Of a stretch of 64,000 nucleotides of DNA, positions 1 to 21,322 are shown one piece after another. This stretch comes from Leptogorgia sarmentosa (lineage: Eukaryota): positions 372,001 to 436,000 of the forward strand of contig OZ210886.1 in assembly GCA_964658305.1 (NCBI GenBank). The letters run 5' to 3'. The translations under genes were made by a program, and so were the position numbers. The stretch's first letter is position 1; each line of letters starts with the position of its first letter. The notes below the pieces were generated by a model, which was not told the DNA's origin, ran no database searches, and was given only the letters and a program-made list of their open reading frames with translations.

Positions 1-2413
1 AGACGGTAGAATCCGCCTTCTATATAACTTCTCAGACTCAGTGATATGAATACTTAAGATAATGCGGAAACACGTAACATTTACGTATGTGTTTGTACTT
101 CGTTGTGCTGTTTTAATAACAAAACTATTTACTTGCTGCGTAATAGACAAGCAAGATAAACAGAATTGGATTAATGCTAGGGAGCATGTTTACCAAATAA
201 ATTGACGAGTAAATATCGATCGTCATTCTGTATAATTAAAGCGGCCAAAGGGCAAACTCATTATTTGCGGTAAAACCCATCGTAATATCCATGAAATACA
301 CCCATTCCCTCCTACACAATCAAACAATTTTTTATACCATCCGTGAAGTGATTAGGACGCAGAGTTGGTCCAGTACCAGTCAAATGGGTGAAAAAATCTG
401 TGGAGTTCACCTGCCGGTAATCTAGCTTTCATCATATATGCAATGAGAGTGTAACAGTTTCAAAGCAATTGACATATTTCCAATTAATTATATCAACACG
501 CAGCTACCGAATTGCCTGTTGACGTTTTAACAGGAACTATCGTATGTTCACACAGTCGACAATATAAATCCTGTGTATTAGTGAAAATTCCATGCAATTT
601 TTTTCTACTTTTCATTCAAAGTCTGCTGCGCGGTCAGGTACATGGCAAGTATAGCAAACTATTAGATCACTTTATTTTGTCTTGAAGAAAACTAAACAGG
701 AGTATTCACAACAGGATATTTATATTACTATATCTCTACCATACACTGAAGTCTTGTGGATTTAATATTGGACATATTCCATGATATACAAGATATAGGT
801 AAGGATTTGCTCGCGTTTTAATTAGCTTAATATAGGAAAGATAAGGTAAAGGTTTTGGTAGGTGTTACAGTTGGGACTTTTTCCATGATATAATTCTAGT
901 CGTGCTGGTTTTAAAGCTGGATAAGCTGGATTTCAACGAGCAGATGATTTAGTTTGTTTTACAAGTTCCCATTGCGCCATTTTGTTACATTCTAGAAAGT
1001 CAAAGCATTAATCATATGGTCCTTTTAAAACCAATAATAATTCGCGTCTTTGTTGCATGTGTATTGTTTTAATTAAACTATAGTTAAGCTTATAGAGGCA
1101 ATACGTGTTATAAATATTTCCATACAGAATGACACGGTCTGCGCTTACAGTCCTTACACTTATAAATTTCCGTTGGAATTATGTACCATGTAGAACCACA
1201 CATATACATACGTACAATTTCTGTTTCCAATAATGTATTCACACACGCATACAATAGCTAAGACTCGTGCCTTGACGTCCTATATATGAGTACAATTAAT
1301 TCGATACTCGGTATAGCAGTGCTTAGATTGTCTAGTTGAAGCCTGAAGGTGCAAAATTTGTCGAGCATCTTCATCGGGCGACATTTGTTCGTTCGAAGTT
1401 AGAGTATATGCAGGATAGCTAATGATTTACGCCTACTCATCCTTATCGCGGTAGCTGCATATAGAAAAGTTTATAATTGCTTTCCGCTCATTGCAATGAA
1501 ATCAATAAAAATTATTAGGACCGCAATTTGTGAGAAATACGCTTAAAGCGACGTGAGGTGACCTTTGATGGATACTCAGCATGATGTGTGGATATCCCGC
1601 AGTATTTATCCCCCCTCGCCGTTAGGGGTTACAGTTCAGCCTATGGACATAAAAGGCAGAAACTGCAAACATTCCAAAAACAAGGTCCGTGATATTAACT
1701 TTCGGCAAGGGTAATGTAGATTCTACCAAAGCACGAAATATCAGTCTTTTTGTTTATCTTTGCGTGCGAAACGTGGTACGTTTGTTTGTAGTGTAAATGA
1801 ATTGTTTACTATAGACTAAACTCGCATATTTTCTGCGGTTCATGAGCTATTTTTAGATCATTGATAAGATGAAAGAAGGCTCAATGGTTTTCCAAAATTT
1901 CTGTCACTTTGAAACAGAACAGACTGGTACTCAAAATAACCGCTGCATCGCTTGTTAAGTATTTGCTCGACTTGCGTCTAAGATACACCCCGAGGTGTAG
2001 ATTTTGAAAGAAAAATGCCTCATTTCCAAGTAAGGAATGCGAAAATTGTCGCATATAATATACATGGAGTGATTAGGAATTTAAAAATGATAATTGTCTT
2101 CACCGTCATTAGAATACAATTCCAACCATGCAGGGTTTGTTAGCTAGGGCCAATTGTATAAGTAGTCAGAGTATTTGAGCGTAATCACATTTCGTTAGCA
2201 CTTCATCAAGTGAAAGCCTCTCTGCAAACACTGTTTTCTTTCGGAAATCTAGCTATTCATCTGAAGAGGATAGTGGTTAGATTTTTACAAGAGGCTCTGA
2301 AAGAGGATCCAGGCCCTTGAACGCTCGATTAATCAGAATATAATAAGTAATAAAAAGCGTTTCTAATCCGCAAGTGAACGGTTCATTTCAGGTTGGAAAT
2401 TCCGCAACGCAGG

Positions 2414-5032
2414 ATGTTTAGACAAACACAAAACAGATCTTCGCTTTTCGCGGCAACTTTCATTCTGCTTCATCTTTTGGTATTTGGGGAACTTGAAACA
2501 ACCAACGCTTTGCCTTTGAATACGTCGTCTGCTGTAGTGGAGGAAGAAGAGCTAACGTGGGATATTTCAACAGACAATGTCGCAGCATATAGCATTATAC
2601 CAATGCTTGATCTCGAGTCTCTCATTGAAGAACATCCAGAAACAAGATCAAACTTTCTTTCGAGACAAAAACGATCATCGAAAACGAAACAAGCCAACCG
2701 AAGGGTTTTATCTCCACACATTGGGTCACTTCCTTTCCTCGCGGCTGTTCGTATTTCGAATCTTTGCAGTGGAACATTGATCAGTGATAGGCACGTACTT
2801 ACAGCTGCACACTGTGTGCATGATAGAAGAAACTACAAAATGAAACGTTCACAACTTAGAGTGGGTAAGTGTTTTACGTCTTCAATGATATTTTAATGAA
2901 AAGATCGCGGCCTACCTTGGCAAACGTGTAAAGCCTGTACCCGTACGTTTTAAAACGTTGTTACTTGTTCCCGCGATCAAATCTACTTATACATGCAGGA
3001 TGCCAGGACGCAATACTATATCCACACATCATGTAATCTTACTGAAAAACTTCCGTGCCGCTGTGCTGCACCTAGCTTATGAATGAAAACCACATATACC
3101 AGCTTCCTATATTATCTAAGTGTATTTTGATTCAGAAAGTGTCGGGTGGCCAGTCCCATGTCCATGAAGAGTACATTAATTGGTTTACCACAAAATTGTT
3201 ATTTTTAAAGATAACGAAACTTTGTGGGTATTTATTGAAACGACCAGTTTAAAATCATACCATATATTGGCAGTGAAGAGTTTCAAGGATTAGTGTTTTT
3301 TACGTATAGCATGCACGTATGCTTAACTTGCGTCGCTTCGAATAACATATGCTGATAGAATGGATTGATCACATTTCTGGCCTTTATGAAGTAAATTCAT
3401 GAGGAATGTTATAGTAATAGGGGCTGGCAGTTATTGGGTAATCCATGATTAGGAAGATGACACCTGTAAATCTTAATTCTCGGCATTACTCGGTAAAAGC
3501 CTGGGTCTTGCTGCGCATACAAACATGCAATAAAATAAAGCCAGTCTGTGCATTGTGTCATAGTTTATATGGATTATGGTGCGTGTATTTCATGGAATAT
3601 ACAGTATAGTCGTCTCGTATATAGACATGGATGCTTTCATGTGTTTTGTATTTACACGAAAATATTGAACATATACAAAAATGAAAAATCCTACATGCAG
3701 TATAAAGTGTTGGCCTACATAAATTTTTAGATTTGCTGTATATACTTTGAGTATTCTCCGATTGCATGGGAACTGTACATCTATTTTAAAACAAATTAAC
3801 TTTTTTGAATAGATTAAATGAGGATTTTTGTAGTGTACAAAACATCAGGACTCTCCAGATTGTTTCAAAAGGAATTTTCATAATGCTTTTTGCTAAGTCC
3901 GCTTAATATGGTTTGATAGAAACCGAAATGTTATCGCCAATTTTCGTCTCGCCACTCGACAATTCAATAATGAAATCACGAAAGATTGGCTGAGGCGTCA
4001 AGGGGACTGCTTGAATAACAACAATTTTAAAGTGAGAACAGGCATCATACAACACGATAGATCTATCTCCTTCTATAAATAACCAGTTGAAAATAATCTC
4101 AGAATTAGTTAATTATATTTTTTCTTTGTTTGGTGCGAGGAAAAACGCGCTAGCAACACGTGTACTTCAGTCTTTACTGATTCAGATTAATCAAGATGTT
4201 TTTGTACTCTTTCCGCGGCATCAAGTCGAGGTCTTGCTGTGCTGGTCATTTGTGAACAATGGTGTTTTCGGTTTATGTTGGTTTTACAAATTATCGAGTT
4301 GTAAAAATTGAGTAATATTGAATGCAAAACCGTGCCTGAAATAGATATTGAAATAGATACCGTAAATATGCTCGTTTTAGCGCCGCGGCATGAAAGCATT
4401 TCGGACAGATTATGAATATGCAACTAACGTATACCTAGGTACGACCCTTGCAAAGGGTTTTCACGATATAGTCAATGTAAAAACATCCTATATATATGTA
4501 CGATCTATTGCAACGCTTTTCTGATCTTTCAGGATTGCCTAATGAAGATGGCACATTTTCCTGGAAGAGAATCTCAAACATCCACATTTCTAAAGCTTGG
4601 AAAAAGGGCAGGAGCAGAAACAGAAATGTCGATTCCGACTATGCGGTGTTGGTACTGAAACACTCACATTCACTGAAATACATGAAGCCTCAAGCAAGCA
4701 AAGATCGCGTCGAGTCAACTCTCAGTTTCAATGGCTATCCAAGCGACCAAGGGGGCCGACTGTGGCATTCATCCTGTCCTGTGAAAAGAATTGGTCCCAA
4801 TGGAATATTCTTAATTCGATGCGCGGGCTCAAAAGGCACCTCTGGATCTGGTGTGTACAAATCACTTGGCTATGGAAAATATGCAGTCACGGGTATTGTT
4901 AGCGCGCGTGTAAAAATAGCAAAAAAGGGTAATGGACGTCACCACACAGTTCACACTTTTACTATTATCAATAATCTTACAGCAGCTAAAGTTAAGAGAA
5001 TATGTCGTTGGGCAGAGAGAGATGACTGTTGA
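2414..5032 (+). CDS. PRSS23/PRSS35-like trypsin-fold serine protease, 2 coding exons (2414-2864, 4533-5032)
   Basis: Signal peptide, acidic propeptide and furin site RQKR. Motifs LPFLAAVRISNLCSGTLISDRHVLTAAHC (His), DSDYAV (Asp) and GTSGSGVY (Ser). Phase-1 intron g|gtaagt...tttcag|ga joins the two ORFs in frame. Confidence 0.88.
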
Positions 5033-8000
5033 GTATATATAAAGATGCAGTACTGTAGTGAATTGTACATATATATTGTCGACTAATTTATTTTCAACTG
5101 CGGTGGAATTTACCACTAAAAGGAAAAGTAGCTAACAACAACAATAACTGGGTTTCACTAAACCTTCTGTATCGTGTTTGGCCTTGGGCAAATATAAAGT
5201 AACTGTATTTGGAGTTGACCACCAAGTGGTAAAATGTCACGTGACCCACATGCACGAAGATCATTCGAAAGAAACTAAAAGTTCAGACATATTTGAAAGT
5301 GAAATTCTTATTCAACATGGGATAACCCTAGTGTTTGTTACATTTTCTTTTATTGCAAGAATAATGTTTTAATTAGGATAGTCACGTGATTTGATAAGTA
5401 GTTCTCAGGGCGCTTGGTAGTTCTGTAACTCAACAAAGCGTAGACACCACTAACATAACATAACATAGTTTATTTATTGGTCACGTAAATTAATGAAATT
5501 CTTGCCCCTCAATTACTTTTCAAAACATTGTATATATAGTATGTTTTACCAAATATTATTAATAAAAATGTATCTAGCTGTCGGAACAATTGTAAGAATA
5601 AGTTTGATTTTCAATAAATAATATTAAAGAAAACGACGGTGAGATGATGCTTTAAATTTGTCTGTTCAGTCGATCGCATCCACCATTGCAACTCTTTTTT
5701 TTTGCACATCACAGTTACTTGCACTTGCACATCACATACATTTCTGACATTCGCGACGACGTTTCATTTTCACATGTGAATGCTGATTTCACACCTGAAA
5801 TTTGCTGAATCGCATGTCGAATTAGCGTTTTCACATATGAAATTTACGTAAGGAGTGACTGCAACAGTACACCTGACCGTAGCTTTTCGTAGTTCTCTTG
5901 CACCAGTTTAGCGCACAAATGCGACATTGAATATCAGTGATAATACTAAAACCACAATGCAACGCGCTACGAGTTATTGGTGAGGGCAGATGAATCTATT
6001 GTTATTTTATGTTTATGGCTACCATGCATGTACCATCATAAATACTTAGTGTACCCACAAGCTTATTAAACCAATTTTTGTAAAAACTACAACGAAAAGA
6101 ACGTAACTTACTTAAATCATATTTTCATGACTTATTGTAATATTGAAAGTGGTCATACCAAGGCGGTGATTTAGAGGCTGGGTGTTCAAATTAGTTCAAA
6201 AGAGGTGCCTCGTGCGAAATGTCATGAACGTGCATGCAAGAAATGTTGTTTTGATCAACATTTTGCGAACGAATTTTCAGATCAAACGTGGGCTAATGAC
6301 TTGAAGATCGAGAAGCAATCAAAGATAAATCATCATTGTAAATTACATGTCCATACGATATTTAGATCCCGTCAATCGCATGCAGGGGAGTTTCAATCTT
6401 GTTTCCATTATTCCATATGGTTGTTTTTCTCTCACGTTCCAGAAAAACAAAGTTAAGAGGACAAACATGTGGGATAGAACCTTCCTAAGCCCCTACTTGA
6501 AGCTCCAAAAATGTCATGACAAAAGTAAAAGTAGAAGAGAATTACTTCGGCCGCTATACTAATCAACATGCACGTTGCTTTCCACATCGTAACACTATTG
6601 CGAATGCTGATTCGCTACTGTACACGCCATCTATTCCTCGATATACATGCAGTCATATTTTCCTGGCTATTTTTGAATATTTTGTTTATTCACTCTGATT
6701 CCATTAAAACGCCAATCACTATTTATATGTACGAAGACAAATTTGAAAGAAAGTTAGAAGAAAATTGCGATTATCGTGACTCGTGAGTATGAAACTCGTT
6801 CGTTACTACGAAAGAATGACGTCCCTTGTTTTCACTGTTTGAGAGGGAAGTTTAATGACATTTTCTATGGAACATGCTGGTAGACATAAACATCGCATCA
6901 AAGGCAAGGTTCACCTTAAATGGTCCTAAAACTATCCTATGTATCGTACAAATAAGAAACCTGTTGTGCTAATTACGCACACAATGAACACCATATTTAG
7001 TGCTGTGGTGATAAAAGTTATTGCGTTCATGATGACTTTTGACAGTAGGAAAAATGAGAATAAAATTCACAACTGTGACGATTGAATTTAACGCCAGCAT
7101 GCTTCTAAACATTTCAAAGTTTCCGTTTGAGTTAGTTTTACAAAAGAGGAGTCTCTCTTGGAGCGGTAAAGCATGCTGCGAGCTAATTAATGAATTATTT
7201 TACTGCAAAGAGGGAGCCTTGTAATCGCGTGTCACAGATGTCAACAGGTAATTTGCTGAATAACATCATAATTATGAATCAAAGTTCAACATGGTGAAAT
7301 GTCATTTGACGTATTTCAGTGTTTTGGAAGCAACTGACCAGAAGTGAAGTAGGTTATTACTCAATTGAACACAAAACACTGAATAAGGGGAGTGAATTGA
7401 ATACAGTCAGTTAGCGGGAAAATGTTCTTTACAAGGTCAGTTAGTTTAACCTCCCAGTTAGAATGACCATGTATGGTTATGCCTTGCCATAGCTGAAAGA
7501 AGTATAAGGCAACCAGACCTGGAGTTTTATCTATACATGGTTTGATTTTTAAAATTTGATGGCTACTCAGGGATTCACTTGAATTGCAGGGTGTTTGAAA
7601 AAGACTGAACAAATTAAATCGTCCTCAACTTCACAAAGAGGCTTTATGTTCATAGCTATACTTAAAATGTAGAATAAACTAAATTTTCGAAACTATAGGG
7701 GTGTCCTTTCCAACAGATTATTTAAGAATGGCTTGCGTACGAAATTTTGAGTTAAGAGAAACTTTATAGGTTTAATTTGTATCGTTGTTCAAAATTTCAG
7801 AAAATCTACTCAAGTTTAAGCATAGTTAATAGAACAAGATGAACAATACAACAGCTAGGCTCATTATCTCTGTTTTTGTCTTGAGTTGTCTATAGTTAGC
7901 AAGAACAGTCGGTTCGTGATCACATGTGTATTGTATTTTCGTCAGGTCGAGTAACAAAATTTTAATAATTGCTCTACATCTATAGAAACTATATATGTTC

Positions 8001-8156
8001 ATGGAATCAAAATTTACAAAACAAGAGAGTCTATGTTAACTATGTTACTAATAAACACAAAAATTTCCTCTTTGCGTCTTTTTATACAGGCGCACCAGCA
8101 ATATTTGCAGATAGAAATCCTTTGCATGAAGCCTGCGTTATCCAAATGATGATGTT

Positions 8157-11100
8157 TTATGTAGCGGCGATTCTTTCTAGAATTCTTTTGTATTGTGCGA
8201 TGGTTTCTTGGTAACTTTCCTCAAGAACGTTCAATTGTTCACGTTGATGCATATTTGCAACCGTTGTAGCGTACTCGTCAGCAGACATAGCAGCACGAAG
8301 CTTTTCAAGATCAGCCTTCTCTTTCTGAAGATGAAATGTATCGACTTTCATTAGTATATCACACAGGGAATTTCAGGCACGCTAAGTGGAGATTTGCTCT
8401 CAGAGAGACAACGAATTTCTCGTTCAAGCGACGAACCAAAAAAGGTTATAAGGCACTGAAAATGACCTGTTTTTGAATGTATTTGAAAGTAGCAAACCGA
8501 ACGAGAAGGTAGTAGAAATTATTATACCTTGCTATCAAACAAGACTATTACCTGAAATGGCGCATTTAATCTGTTTTTAATTTCCAAACGATACTGCTGA
8601 TGTTCTTTCTCATCACTAAGATCAGTTGCCCCAAGTCGAAGAATTTCATAGACTCGCCGACATTGCCGCTAAAAAAGAAAAGACGAATGAACAGAGCTAC
8701 TACCTACAAGCGAGGATCAAGACCCTGGGTACGAGGTTGCCAACATGGAACACGTTCATCCAGTGGCGACGGAAGATGGGTATGCTCGATCTATTGGTGA
8801 AATGAAAACTATAGCTACCTGATTAATTTTTCGATGTTTTCTTGCCTCATTAATCATTTCTTTAGAGAAACCATTACGTAAATTTTCAGGTTTAAAAGCT
8901 GGTAAAGAACGACACTTCATAACATCAACGTAATCACGTAAACGAATAAAATCATCGACTGGATCTTCAACTGAAAAAACAAGAATGTTATTGTTAGCAT
9001 TTCACCAAAATGTTTTGCTTGTTTCGAACATTTCATCAACAACAATGTATTCAAAATATTAAAATACTTTACCTGTCATATCAAGAACTTTGTCATCTCC
9101 AATGTAAAAGTTATCAATTGACTCTAGAAGTTTAGCTGTACAGCAAAGAGAAAAATGTTGTATCCTATATGTATAGAGTATTCGTGTTGTTCATGAGGGG
9201 CCTTGGTTGTCTGAAGGGCTGCCCAACCAACCTCGTACCCAGGCTCTTCGTTCTGACACTCGTATTAAAAGTACAAAAGCTTACCGCCAAGGCCTTTCTT
9301 TTGAAATGGAGGCAGAATAAGAAACTGACTGTTTAAAAAATAACAAATTTGAGATCATTTTGTAAACTAAACTGATTCATGGTAGACTTGGGGGGGGGGC
9401 TAGGAGGTAAAACGTACTCTTTACCTTATTCTTGGCCTTTTCATGTCAGGGTAAGCATAGTACTCGTATACAGTAACATAGCCCACTATCTTGTATGTCG
9501 TCGTACCACTCTCGCTGCATTTTTCAAAACTGATCCAATAGAAAAAATTAAAACATTAAGTTTATATATATACAATGTTAGTGCTGCCTGCCTACAGAAG
9601 TATCAATGTGACGTCACAGTTCAGAATAATACGACAAATAATTAAAATTATACAGTAACTAATAAAATATCCAGAGAATAAAATTACATGAGAAAAAAGT
9701 CCCATTTATCGTCATCAACATCTGTCAAAAAAGAATAAACATTAAATCATCGTTGTAGAAATACACAGCTTGGCCGATTTTCAACGACGATTCGCAATGC
9801 AAATGAAGTTGCATTTGATTGGCTTGGCAGCCCGTTGCGGTGCGAATTGTCGTTAAAATCATTCCGTTATTCCGTGTAACATCAGCTTACGGTACTGTGC
9901 CGTTGCTAACCGCAGCAAAACAGTACTCAGCCTCGCTTCCGAGGTACGCGTTCCGAAAGGGGGTATTTGAACTGTACAAATAAAATGATTGAATGATTGA
10001 TTGTTTTTGGTGTTTGTTAATTTAAGATACTAACCAATAAGCGAAGAACCATCAATATACCAAAACAAAAACGTTTGTAACCTTTCGTGATATTTTCTGA
10101 AATTTGGGGTTGTGATACCTGCCTAAAAACAAATAACGGAGAAAAGACGTGTGAGAAAATATGCTAGTTTCCGCTAAGAATCTCCACTGGAAAACAGGAC
10201 AAATGTTTGTAAACATGCTTGCACAGCGAAATATTGCCATTCAGGAACTGGTACATTACAAATCAGCATAAACTGTATAACTGAATGAAAAGCACATGCC
10301 TTGTATACTTGATATGTCTGCTCTGCATGCGCGAAGCTATGGATCATTTCTCCCATTGGAACAAATTTTTCTTCTTCAGGAAGTTTTGATATAAACTGAT
10401 CCAAGTTACTAAAATAACCTTTATATAGGCAAACAGACGTGAGTTGAACACAAAAATGAATGAAAAATATGAATTGAACATAAACATCGGAAACATGTTC
10501 ATTCAATGTAAGAATGATAAAAAAGTAAAAGACATAAACAAGAGACAATAGGCTGAGAACTGAAAACGAAACTGGGCCAGAAATTTCCACACATGTCAAA
10601 CAGAATAGTAATATATGCATAACACACAAGTGGATTAAAATTAACATACAAGTTAACATACAAATTAACATATCCTACGCGTTTATAGATGAACAATATA
10701 AAACAATCTTTAAAACATTACATTTTCAGGTGGTCGGATGTCTAGGATAGTCAACAATTACCTGGAGGTAAGAATTCAGCAACTTTGGAACCCACATCAT
10801 CAGCCTACATATGAAACCAAAGATTTAGACAAAATTTAATCACGTATTTAGTGATGTTTTTGTGTTTTCCCATCAACTCTATCACGCACAACTTTATCAT
10901 TCCAGAAAACAAATGTAGTGGTATTTTCATTGGGAAAAAAGTGCTTCATGGGGAAAGCACTTCTTACAGTTGCTTCTATACCTAGTGTGGTTGTCCACTC
11001 GTGTGAATTACCTCAACTCCATCACTGGATGATATATCAACCATTTCATCATATTTGATACCTAAGTAGGTTAGCAAACTACCAGCATGATAGTATAACT

Positions 11101-11954
11101 AGAATGTAGAAAAAGGAGTACACACTGAGTACATCATGATCGTCCATTTTCTAAACAGTACTGAAATTTGATGTGAAAAATATTGACCATCAATATCTTA
11201 TAAGTATTCAGCATCATCTAAGCATAACAGTGGCACAGCAGTGGTAAGTATAGACCACTTGGCAGTTGCAGTTATATACACATAGTTACATGTGTATATA
11301 ATATTTGCTATAACTTTGAAGACAAGAAAATACCTGAACTTCCAAGTTTTTATATCCAAAAATCACCTCACTTAACAAAAAGGGAAAATACTTACTCAAA
11401 AATATAAATCTAGCAAAATCGTTCTAAAAACATAAAATTTCAACATTGGTTCTTATTTGCTCAAAAATGTTTACCTATCACCAAAGACCTGATGTGACAT
11501 TTCTGGATGAAAACTTTTGTCTTTGTCAAATACATCCTTTTCATTTTTTACTAAAACCAATTCATACGTTATTGCGAAAACTGAAAATATGTATAAGCTA
11601 GACTACTACATATAGCGGTATCCAACATGCGAACAACCGGCCCCTGTACTGTATAAATCACAAAGTGTACAATTTGACATGCAGATTTAAAATTACCCAA
11701 TTTGATGTGAAGTGCTAAATTAGCGTCGCATTTATATTCCTCCAACTTATTGTTGGCCAAGGTAACTATAAACACAACGATATAAAGACAATAAACATCC
11801 CGCCATAGTTGACGATTCTACAACATAGTAATCTACTACATTACTCAGATTGGTTTGCCAAGGATATAAATTTATATAGTTTTATATAACTCGGTTAAAA
11901 CAACGGAATAAATAACAAAATGTGATATTTTTAACAAAACTGACCTGCCGCCAT
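8157..11954 (-). CDS. HAT1: Histone acetyltransferase type B catalytic subunit, about 15 coding exons
   Basis: Spliced reading gives MAAVTLANNKLEEYKCDANLALHIKL, FHPEMSHQVFGDSEVIFGYKNL, YHERLQTFLFWYIDGSSLIDVDDDKW, YYAYPDMKRPRISQFLILPPFQKKGLG (acetyl-CoA motif A), TVEDP and RRVYEILRL. Confidence 0.95.
8720..8739. repeat. Terminus of a dispersed MITE-like repeat (CCTGGGTACGAGGTTG); reverse-complement copies at about 9228-9248 and 23639-23660
   Basis: agaccctgggtacgaggttg at 8720, caacctcgtacccaggctct at 9228 and aacctcgttcccagtgcttt at 23639 share the same motif. Confidence 0.55.
9776..9860. repeat. Imperfect inverted repeat (MITE remnant) in a HAT1 intron
   Basis: gattttcaacgacgattcgca ... 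tgcgaattgtcgttaaaatc. Confidence 0.55.
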
Positions 11955-12106
11955 CTTGAATAATTTCCCGCGGTTTTTCAGTGAAGAACGTCATGTAATC
12001 TAACTATAATTTTTCTTTTCTGACACTGGTCTCTATAACAACTGGAGAGCGGTAATATGGCGCGGGTAACTTCAAAATTTATAAACAAAATTGCTCCTAT
12101 TTTATC

Positions 12107-12110
<4 letters not shown>
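11946..12110. promoter_or_regulatory. Compact bidirectional HAT1/BLM promoter with YY1-like, E2F-like and CHR-like motifs
   Basis: Divergent ATGs at 11954 and 12107. CAAGATGGCGGC overlaps the HAT1 ATG, TTTCCCGC lies at 11964-11971, and TTCAAA (TTTGAA on the minus strand) lies at 12071. Confidence 0.6.
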
Positions 12111-19951
<7,841 letters not shown>

Positions 19952-20305
19952 AAATCTAACAGAGTTTTGAAGCAAAATGAACAGATTCAAGACTAAGGAA
20001 AGAATCCTCGTAGCTGAAGTCAACAGTTCAAGTTCGCATGCAGGGTAGCGATCTACAAATGCACCGTCCAGTGAAACTGTCCACCAATCCTGCAATGAAA
20101 GTTGTGTTTTTCTATCCTTTCCGTTATTTTACCGCACATATTTGAATTGTTAAACACATTATTTGCATCATTATGGTTAGGGTTGAGTAAGACATCTGAG
20201 GCAAATATGATTTAATTTGTAATATTTTGTAATATATCTGTTATTTAGACTGATTTATACTTTCTTAAAAATAGTCGAGTAAGACGTTATATAAAAGTGA
20301 CTTTT

Positions 20306-21322
20306 TTATCCAGGGTAAAAGGATTCTGGGAATAAGTGAATGTCAGTTAATCTAGGACATATTTGTGTTATTCGCATCAGAGTCATGTCTGAGAGTGGAT
20401 AACAGCGATACAAATAAAGGCGGGTTAACCGTCTGCATCCTTCTGCAAGTCTTAAAACACAACCATCAACTTCATATCTTGCAAAATGTTCAAATTCAAA
20501 CATCTCCAACTGTGGGCATTGTCTTGAAATAACATAAAATGCAGCATCAGTTACTTCCCCTGTCCTCATCAAACCGATAGATAACTCTAGTATCGGAACC
20601 TTTTCCAGGAATTCTCGTATGCCAGAGTTTGTTATACGACGCATGCGCTTGAGATTTATAGATTTCAAGAGCAAACAATTATCTGCGATAATTCTCAAGC
20701 CTTCATCTGTGACTTGGCGGCAATTTTCAAGGCTTATCGTTGTTATATTTTTGCAATTCTTTACCAAAGCTTCCAAGCCAAAGTCTTGCACCAATTTGCA
20801 TCTTCCCAGGTTGATACTCCTAAGACTCGGACAATTCTTACCGATGTAAATCAGCGAACCATTCGAAATCTGTAGACATCCTTCCATGTTTATATTTTCT
20901 AAATTTGGACATGCTTGTACGATTTTTTTCATTCCTTTGTCGAGTATTTTTATCCTACTGGCAACATTTAGACTCTTTAGTTGTGGACAGTGACGTGAGA
21001 TATAAGTTAGGCTGTGGTTGCCCACACGTTTACATTTGCGTCCAGACAGGTTTATCTCACGAATGCTTGTTGTTCTTCTTAGAATATACTTCACAGACTT
21101 ATTGTTCACTTTCCTAATTTGCATATCCTGCGACAGATCCAGATTTATCCACAAACGTGAATCATAGCACAATCTGTGCCATCTTTGGCAAACAGAAGAT
21201 ACCATGATCAACTCTCTCAATTTAAGATACAAAAATATCTGAAGTAAAATTTGGTCCGGTAACAGATGAATCGTTGTTTCACTCGCCTGGTTCGCGGCCC
21301 AAATCAGAAACTCTGTATCCAT
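20306..21322 (-). CDS. F-box/leucine-rich repeat protein (FBXL-type), single coding exon
   Basis: F-box LPDQILLQIFLYL..VSSVCQRW...LW followed by Cys-containing LRRs (CPxLxxLNL..C..I.D.GL). A splice acceptor just upstream of the ATG (about 21330) implies a non-coding 5' exon. Confidence 0.92.
   Translation of the reverse strand: MDTEFLIWAANQASETTIHLLPDQILLQIFLYLKLRELIMVSSVCQRWHRLCYDSRLWINLDLSQDMQIRKVNNKSVKYILRRTTSIREINLSGRKCKRVGNHSLTYISRHCPQLKSLNVASRIKILDKGMKKIVQACPNLENINMEGCLQISNGSLIYIGKNCPSLRSINLGRCKLVQDFGLEALVKNCKNITTISLENCRQVTDEGLRIIADNCLLLKSINLKRMRRITNSGIREFLEKVPILELSIGLMRTGEVTDAAFYVISRQCPQLEMFEFEHFARYEVDGCVLRLAEGCRRLTRLYLYRCYPLSDMTLMRITQICPRLTDIHLFPESFYPG

Noticed and set aside
10174..10671. 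165-aa hydrophobic ORF
   Set aside because: One HAT1 exon extended through T-rich intron sequence.
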